This document shows positions 27,622 to 32,000 of a stretch of 32,000 bases of DNA, piece after piece (position 1 is the stretch's first letter; each line of letters begins with the position of its first letter). Origin of the DNA: an uncultured Lentisphaeria bacterium. GTDB taxonomy: Bacteria; Verrucomicrobiota; Lentisphaeria; JABSQK01; JAJFLO01. Below the pieces are notes generated by a model that did not search any database, was not told the DNA's origin, and worked only from the letters and a program-made list of their open reading frames with translations. The position numbers were made by a program, and so were the translations under genes. The DNA lies in assembly GCA_951812855.1 (NCBI GenBank), contig OX638337.1, positions 330,001 to 362,000 on the forward strand. The letters are read 5' to 3'.

Positions 27622-29721
27622 ATGGCAATTCATAATGTTTCAGTCGAACTGTCCAACACAAAATCAATAGATATTGAAACCGGCAAAATAGCACTGTTAG
27701 CCGGAGGTTCAGTGACTGTAAGGCAAGGTGATACAATTGTATTAGTTGCTGCATGTTCATCCAAACCACGGGCTGATATTGATTTTTTCCCTCTTCAAGT
27801 TGATTACCGTGAAAAGTTCAGTGCTTCCGGACAAATGCCGGGCGGTTTTTTTAAGAGAGAAGGTCGACCCAGTGAAAAAGAAATTCTAACCTGCCGCATG
27901 ACAGACCGTCCAATTCGCCCGTTATTCCCTGAAGGGTATTTCGATGAAGTCCAAGTCCAGTCGTTATTACTCAGTGCCGATGGTGAAAATGAAGCCGATG
28001 TACTAAGTATGCTGGGAGCCTCCGTTGCACTAATGCTATCTGATATGCCATTTCAGGGACCGATTGGTGCATTGCGCGTCGGACGTGTAAATGGTGAATT
28101 TATTGCGAACCCAACCCATTCTGAAATGGAAAACAGTGATTTAGATTTAGTCTATGCCGGTATCGCAGATAAAACTATCATGATCGAAGGAGGAGCAGAT
28201 GAACTTTCCGAAGAGGATCTAAGAGACGCACTATCCTTTGCCAATGACATTGTGAAAAAGCAAATTCAGGAGCAGATTAAATTAACAGAGCTTGCCGGGA
28301 AACCCAAGAAAAATGTTACATTAAGCACTGTGCCTGAACATATTAGTACAGAAGTCAAAGAATACTGCTCAGGAAAAATAGACGCAGCAAGCCAAATTCC
28401 GGAAAAGGAAGAACGCTATGCTGCTCTTGACAAACTATGTGACGAAATGTCCGCAGCATTAGTTGAAAAATTAAACGATGATTCAGACGAGACAAAAAGA
28501 CATTTAAAATGGGCGTTTACTGAAGAATCCAGGAAATCAGTTCGAAGAATGTTATTGGATGAAGGCAAACGAAGTGACGGCCGTTCCGCAGATCAAATTC
28601 GACCTTTAGAAATGGAAGTCGGCTTATTACCTCGAACTCACGGATCCGGATTATTTGCACGTGGAGAAACACAAGCATTAGTAGTCACAACCCTTGGTAC
28701 ATCCAAAGAATCCCAATTTCAAGATGCGATAACAGGTGGTGAAACAGAAAAGAAATTTCTGCTGCATTATAACTTTCCGAATTATAGTGTTGGTGAAACA
28801 GGTCGAATTATGGGACCGGGTAGACGAGAAATCGGACATGGTGCACTTGCTGAACGTTCCGTTGCCAGAATGATGCCAAAGGATTATCCTTATACAGTAC
28901 GGTGCATATCAGAAGTGATGGGATCTAACGGTTCCACTTCAATGGCATCTATTTGTGGTGCAACTATTTCTATGATGGATGCTGGAGTACCATTAATAAG
29001 ACCTGTCGCAGGAATTTCATGTGGATTGGTTCAGGAAGGCGATAAAACAATATTATTAATCGATATTCTCGGTAGCGAAGATCACTATGGCGATATGGAC
29101 TTTAAAGTCGCCGGAACGGTCGATGGTATTACCGGCTTTCAGTTAGACTTAAAAATTCCAGGCATTTCTATTGATCTAATGTACGAAGCAATGCTGAAAA
29201 ATAAGAAAGCCAGATTAGATATCCTTGATTCGATGAATAACTGTATCTCTGAACCCAGAAGTGAATTAAGCCCTTATGCACCCCGGATAAAGCAATTAAA
29301 AATAAATCCTGAAAAAATCGGCATGCTTATTGGCCCGGGAGGAAAGGTGATAAAAGGCATCACTGAAAAACATGGTGTTGAAATAAATATCGATGAGGAT
29401 GGAACTGTTCAGATTTATGCTAATGACAATAAAAAAATGCAGGCAGCTGTTACCGAAATTGAATCAATTACATCTGAAGCAAAAATTGGTGCAATTTATG
29501 ACGGACTTGTCAAAACAGTTAAAGACTTTGGTGCATTCGTTGAGATATTACCTGGACAGGAAGGACTTATTCATATTTCTGAATTAGCCGATTACCGAGT
29601 TGAAAAAGTTGAAGATATCTGTAAAGCAGGCGATAAAATCAAGGTAAAGGTTAAAGACGTTGATGATAGAGGACGAATTAAATTAAGCCGTAAAGATGCA
29701 TTAAGAGAATTAGAAAAATAA
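27622..29721 (+). CDS. pnp: Polyribonucleotide nucleotidyltransferase (PNPase)
   Basis: 699-aa ORF with two RNase PH-like domains and C-terminal KH (IGPGGKVIKGI) and S1 (GAIYDGLVKTVKDFGAFVEILPGQEGLIHISEL) domains. Confidence 0.96.
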   Translation: MAIHNVSVELSNTKSIDIETGKIALLAGGSVTVRQGDTIVLVAACSSKPRADIDFFPLQVDYREKFSASGQMPGGFFKREGRPSEKEILTCRMTDRPIRPLFPEGYFDEVQVQSLLLSADGENEADVLSMLGASVALMLSDMPFQGPIGALRVGRVNGEFIANPTHSEMENSDLDLVYAGIADKTIMIEGGADELSEEDLRDALSFANDIVKKQIQEQIKLTELAGKPKKNVTLSTVPEHISTEVKEYCSGKIDAASQIPEKEERYAALDKLCDEMSAALVEKLNDDSDETKRHLKWAFTEESRKSVRRMLLDEGKRSDGRSADQIRPLEMEVGLLPRTHGSGLFARGETQALVVTTLGTSKESQFQDAITGGETEKKFLLHYNFPNYSVGETGRIMGPGRREIGHGALAERSVARMMPKDYPYTVRCISEVMGSNGSTSMASICGATISMMDAGVPLIRPVAGISCGLVQEGDKTILLIDILGSEDHYGDMDFKVAGTVDGITGFQLDLKIPGISIDLMYEAMLKNKKARLDILDSMNNCISEPRSELSPYAPRIKQLKINPEKIGMLIGPGGKVIKGITEKHGVEINIDEDGTVQIYANDNKKMQAAVTEIESITSEAKIGAIYDGLVKTVKDFGAFVEILPGQEGLIHISELADYRVEKVEDICKAGDKIKVKVKDVDDRGRIKLSRKDALRELEK

Positions 29722-29828
29722 AAAACATCAACTGCGTTATGTGTGTGTACCGGCAAGAGCCTGAAAGCAATCAATACTCCGCTATCGTTTCTTGCATTTA
29801 ATCGATTTAAAGAATAGGGAATAGAATT

Positions 29829-30044
29829 ATGAAAAAAGATATTCATCCAGAATATTTTGTAGATGCTGTGATTACGTGTGCATGTGGAGCCGAATATAAA
29901 GCCGGTTCGACACGAAAAGAAGCAAAAATAGCGATCTGTGGAAACTGCCACCCGTTCTTTACAGGGAAGCAGAAATTTGTTGATACAGAAGGAAGAGTTG
30001 ACCGTTTCAGACGTCGTTACCAGCTTGCTCAAGATTCAAAATAA
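29829..30044 (+). CDS. rpmE: 50S ribosomal protein L31 (Cys-containing, zinc-ribbon type)
   Basis: 71-aa [12 protein letters not shown]...TCACG...[28 protein letters not shown]. Confidence 0.95.
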   Translation: MKKDIHPEYFVDAVITCACGAEYKAGSTRKEAKIAICGNCHPFFTGKQKFVDTEGRVDRFRRRYQLAQDSK

Positions 30045-30674
30045 TGAACACGTGTATTGTCGTTCATCTGAATTCCACATCTTCAATATAAGCTTAACTC
30101 ATACTAAATGTTAAGTTATAAAAAATAGTCCAATCGCCAACTTTATTATTTATACTTTAATAACAAACCTTGATTTGCATCAAGGTCATCAAGTCATTAC
30201 ACAGTATATAGAACGAATATACAGACGACAGACCCAGAAGCCGTCCAAATTGACATCAGTCAATTCTTTTAAGGCATACATCCTGACAAATACCGGTTTG
30301 ATTATTCCTTGCCTTTCTTCCTCTGACACACAGCTGAACAATAATGAATTAACACAACATGATATCCCTAAATCAATAGATTTCCACACTCTGTGCAAGG
30401 GCAGTTATATTTCTTAAAATGATCTTTTTTAGAATTATCAACCCTTAAAATTTACTGATGAACAGCGTGCGGTATATTATGGAACTTGATCTTCCATAGG
30501 CAATAATATATTAGACACGAAATAAAAGCCCGTAAATATACAAACTTCAGATGCTGTCTTTTCTTCAGGAGTGAAAAAAGGATTCGAATCATCTGAATTA
30601 CTGAAAGATTATTCTTTCAGGATAATAAAGCCATTCTAAACTAAAACCTTGAATTTAATTTAATCTCAAGAGTC

Positions 30675-31763
30675 ATGTCAGTGATTGATATAAAACCGTT
30701 AATTCAAAGAGTACGAATGAGTTTTTCCGATGTGGAAAAAAAGATATCAGATCCATCCGTTTTCGATGACCGGAAAAATTATGAAAAATTGTCAAAGGAA
30801 TATCAACGACTTTCCTCATTAATAGGCAGAGTGGATGAATCAAAAAAATATGAAAAAGAACTTGCTGATAATCAATCCATGCTGGCAGATGAATCTGACG
30901 ACGACTTCAAGGAAGTGATCCGCACCGAGATCGAAAGTTTAGAATCCAAAATTTCCAAGTTAAATGCTAAGATATTAACATTAATCATTCCGCCTGATGA
31001 AAATGACTCTCGAAATACAATCGTTGAAATTCGCCCGGCTGCAGGCGGAGATGAAGCCGCTTTATTTGCCGGAGATTTGTTAAGATTCTACCTGAAATTT
31101 GCAGAAAAAAATAATTGGAAATCAGAGATACTATATTTATCTGAACGGTCACTCGGCGGTATAAAAGACGTATCATTCAGCCTGACGGGCTCGAATGTAT
31201 TTCGTTATATGAAATTTGAAAGCGGTGTCCATAGAGTTCAGCGTATTCCAACGACAGAGTCATCAGGTAGAATTCACACATCAACAGTAACGGTTGCAAT
31301 TTTACCCGAAGCTAAAGAGGTCGATATACAAATCAATTCAGAAGATTTAAAAATAGACGTTTTCAGGTCATCAGGTCCAGGTGGGCAAAGCGTAAACACG
31401 ACAGATTCCGCTGTCCGTGTCACTCATATTCCCACAAATATCAGCGTCGCAAGCCAGCAGGAAAAATCTCAGCATAGAAATAAAGAAATAGCAATGAGAA
31501 TCCTTCGATCAAGAATATTGGAAATGAAACAACAGGAAGAGATGGAAAAACACGCAAAAGAAAGAAAAACACAAGTCGGAACGGGTGACAGAAGTGAACG
31601 TATCAGAACATATAATTACCCACAAAACAGAGTCACGGATCATCGTTTTGGTATATCAAATTTTAACCTTCCTGAAATCATGGAGGGTGATTTTGAAGGG
31701 TTCTTAGAACAAATCATGGCCGCAGATTCAGCGATAAAACTTGAAGCTGAGCTTGCAAAATAA
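30675..31763 (+). CDS. prfA: Peptide chain release factor 1
   Basis: 362-aa ORF. It has the PxT anticodon tripeptide as PTT (RVQRIPTTESSGRIHTS) and GGQ (SGPGGQSVNTTDSA). Confidence 0.95.
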   Translation: MSVIDIKPLIQRVRMSFSDVEKKISDPSVFDDRKNYEKLSKEYQRLSSLIGRVDESKKYEKELADNQSMLADESDDDFKEVIRTEIESLESKISKLNAKILTLIIPPDENDSRNTIVEIRPAAGGDEAALFAGDLLRFYLKFAEKNNWKSEILYLSERSLGGIKDVSFSLTGSNVFRYMKFESGVHRVQRIPTTESSGRIHTSTVTVAILPEAKEVDIQINSEDLKIDVFRSSGPGGQSVNTTDSAVRVTHIPTNISVASQQEKSQHRNKEIAMRILRSRILEMKQQEEMEKHAKERKTQVGTGDRSERIRTYNYPQNRVTDHRFGISNFNLPEIMEGDFEGFLEQIMAADSAIKLEAELAK

Positions 31764-31785
31764 TTGTCATACCCAAAAAATAAAT

Positions 31786-32000
31786 TTAATTCAGACTTGC
31801 TTCAACGGGTAAATGGACGGTTATTTTAGTGCCTGTATTGAAACCACTCTCCATATTAATTTTACCATTGTGATTCCCAATAATTTTTTGAATGGCGACC
31901 ATGCCCAATCCGCTTTCCCCTCATTTGTTTTTTTCGAGTAAAACGGTGTCAACATTCCATGCAATGTTTTACTCCCCATACCATACTCCAAATCAGATAC
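31786..32000 (-). CDS. Sensor histidine kinase C-terminus (HATPase_c), partial at the window edge, with an apparent -1 frameshift
   Basis: Hand translation of the minus strand. One frame, running from the window edge, gives VSDLEYGMGSKTLHGMLTPFYSKKTNEGK. The G2 box and tail SGLGMVAIQKIIGNHNGKINMESGFNTGTKITVHLPVEASLN* continue in the -1 frame, with the switch at GGGAAAG (plus-strand TTT at 31914-31916). The uncorrected frame would stop at 31821. Confidence 0.6.

Noticed and set aside
29722-30075. Possible intrinsic terminators after pnp (GCAAGA...TCTTGC) and after rpmE (ATGAAC...GTTCAT).
   Set aside because: The stems are only 6 bp, with loops of 11-30 nt and no following T-tract. This is not enough to call terminators.
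30175-30417. An 80-aa ORF (TTG start) and the overlapping antisense 69-aa ORF in the rpmE-prfA gap.
   Set aside because: The start codon lies inside the loop of a perfect hairpin. There is no SD-like sequence and no recognisable motif, and the two ORFs are mutual shadows. A small protein cannot be excluded without expression data.
30581-30590. GATTCGAATC resembling a tRNA/tmRNA T-loop (GGTTCGAATCC).
   Set aside because: The flanking bases do not form a T-stem (AAGGA versus CATCT), and no acceptor or anticodon arms can be built. It is just a 10-bp palindrome within a larger leader stem.

Overview
AT-rich bacterial chromosomal window (GC roughly in the high 30s % by eye, not computed) with about 23 genes. 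I found no rRNA, tRNA, CRISPR array, transposase or integrase. All domain calls come from motifs read in the ORF translations; no database search was run.

Layout:
- 207-6361 (-): a tightly packed operon-like run. It holds an exported CxxC thioredoxin-fold protein, an 84-aa sigma-70 region-2-only ORF, an exported DUF255/YyaL-type thioredoxin-domain protein, an AS3MT/ArsM-type methyltransferase, an FNR-like flavoreductase and a radical SAM enzyme with a Cys-rich tail.
- 6460-10411: housekeeping genes (ATCase-like pyrB, Nudix hydrolase, serS, MBL hydrolase).
- 10483-13432 (-): a DUF1573 protein followed by a subtilisin (S8) gene broken by one in-frame TAA and two compensating frameshifts.
- 13603-15402 (-): an MscS-family channel.
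- 15768-20428 (+): a signal-peptide TPR-CHAT caspase-like protease followed by a CHASE2 sensor histidine kinase, with no response regulator in the window.
- 20530-27167 (-): prfB, a DUF4175 membrane/coiled-coil protein and a vWA/GATase1-like membrane protein. prfB carries the classic CTT TGA C +1 programmed frameshift, so its true start is 27167, not the 27136 given by the ORF track.
- 27622-31763 (+): pnp, rpmE, a 630-bp non-coding gap, then prfA.
- 31786-32000 (-): the C-terminus of a histidine kinase with an apparent frameshift.

Best candidates for new biology:
1. The periplasmic TPR-CHAT protease plus orphan CHASE2 kinase pair.
2. The arsM / FNR / radical-SAM organoarsenical-type module embedded in an exported thiol-redox operon.
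3. A 20-21 nt near-palindromic motif recurring in three intergenic regions, once just downstream of a perfect extended -10.

Three homopolymer-associated frame breaks and one nonsense codon in 32 kb mean that either the assembly has errors or genes are genuinely decaying. This needs resolving before the disrupted genes are interpreted. The phylum is not determinable here; DUF1573, DUF4175 and Bat-like vWA content weakly hints at the PVC or FCB groups.
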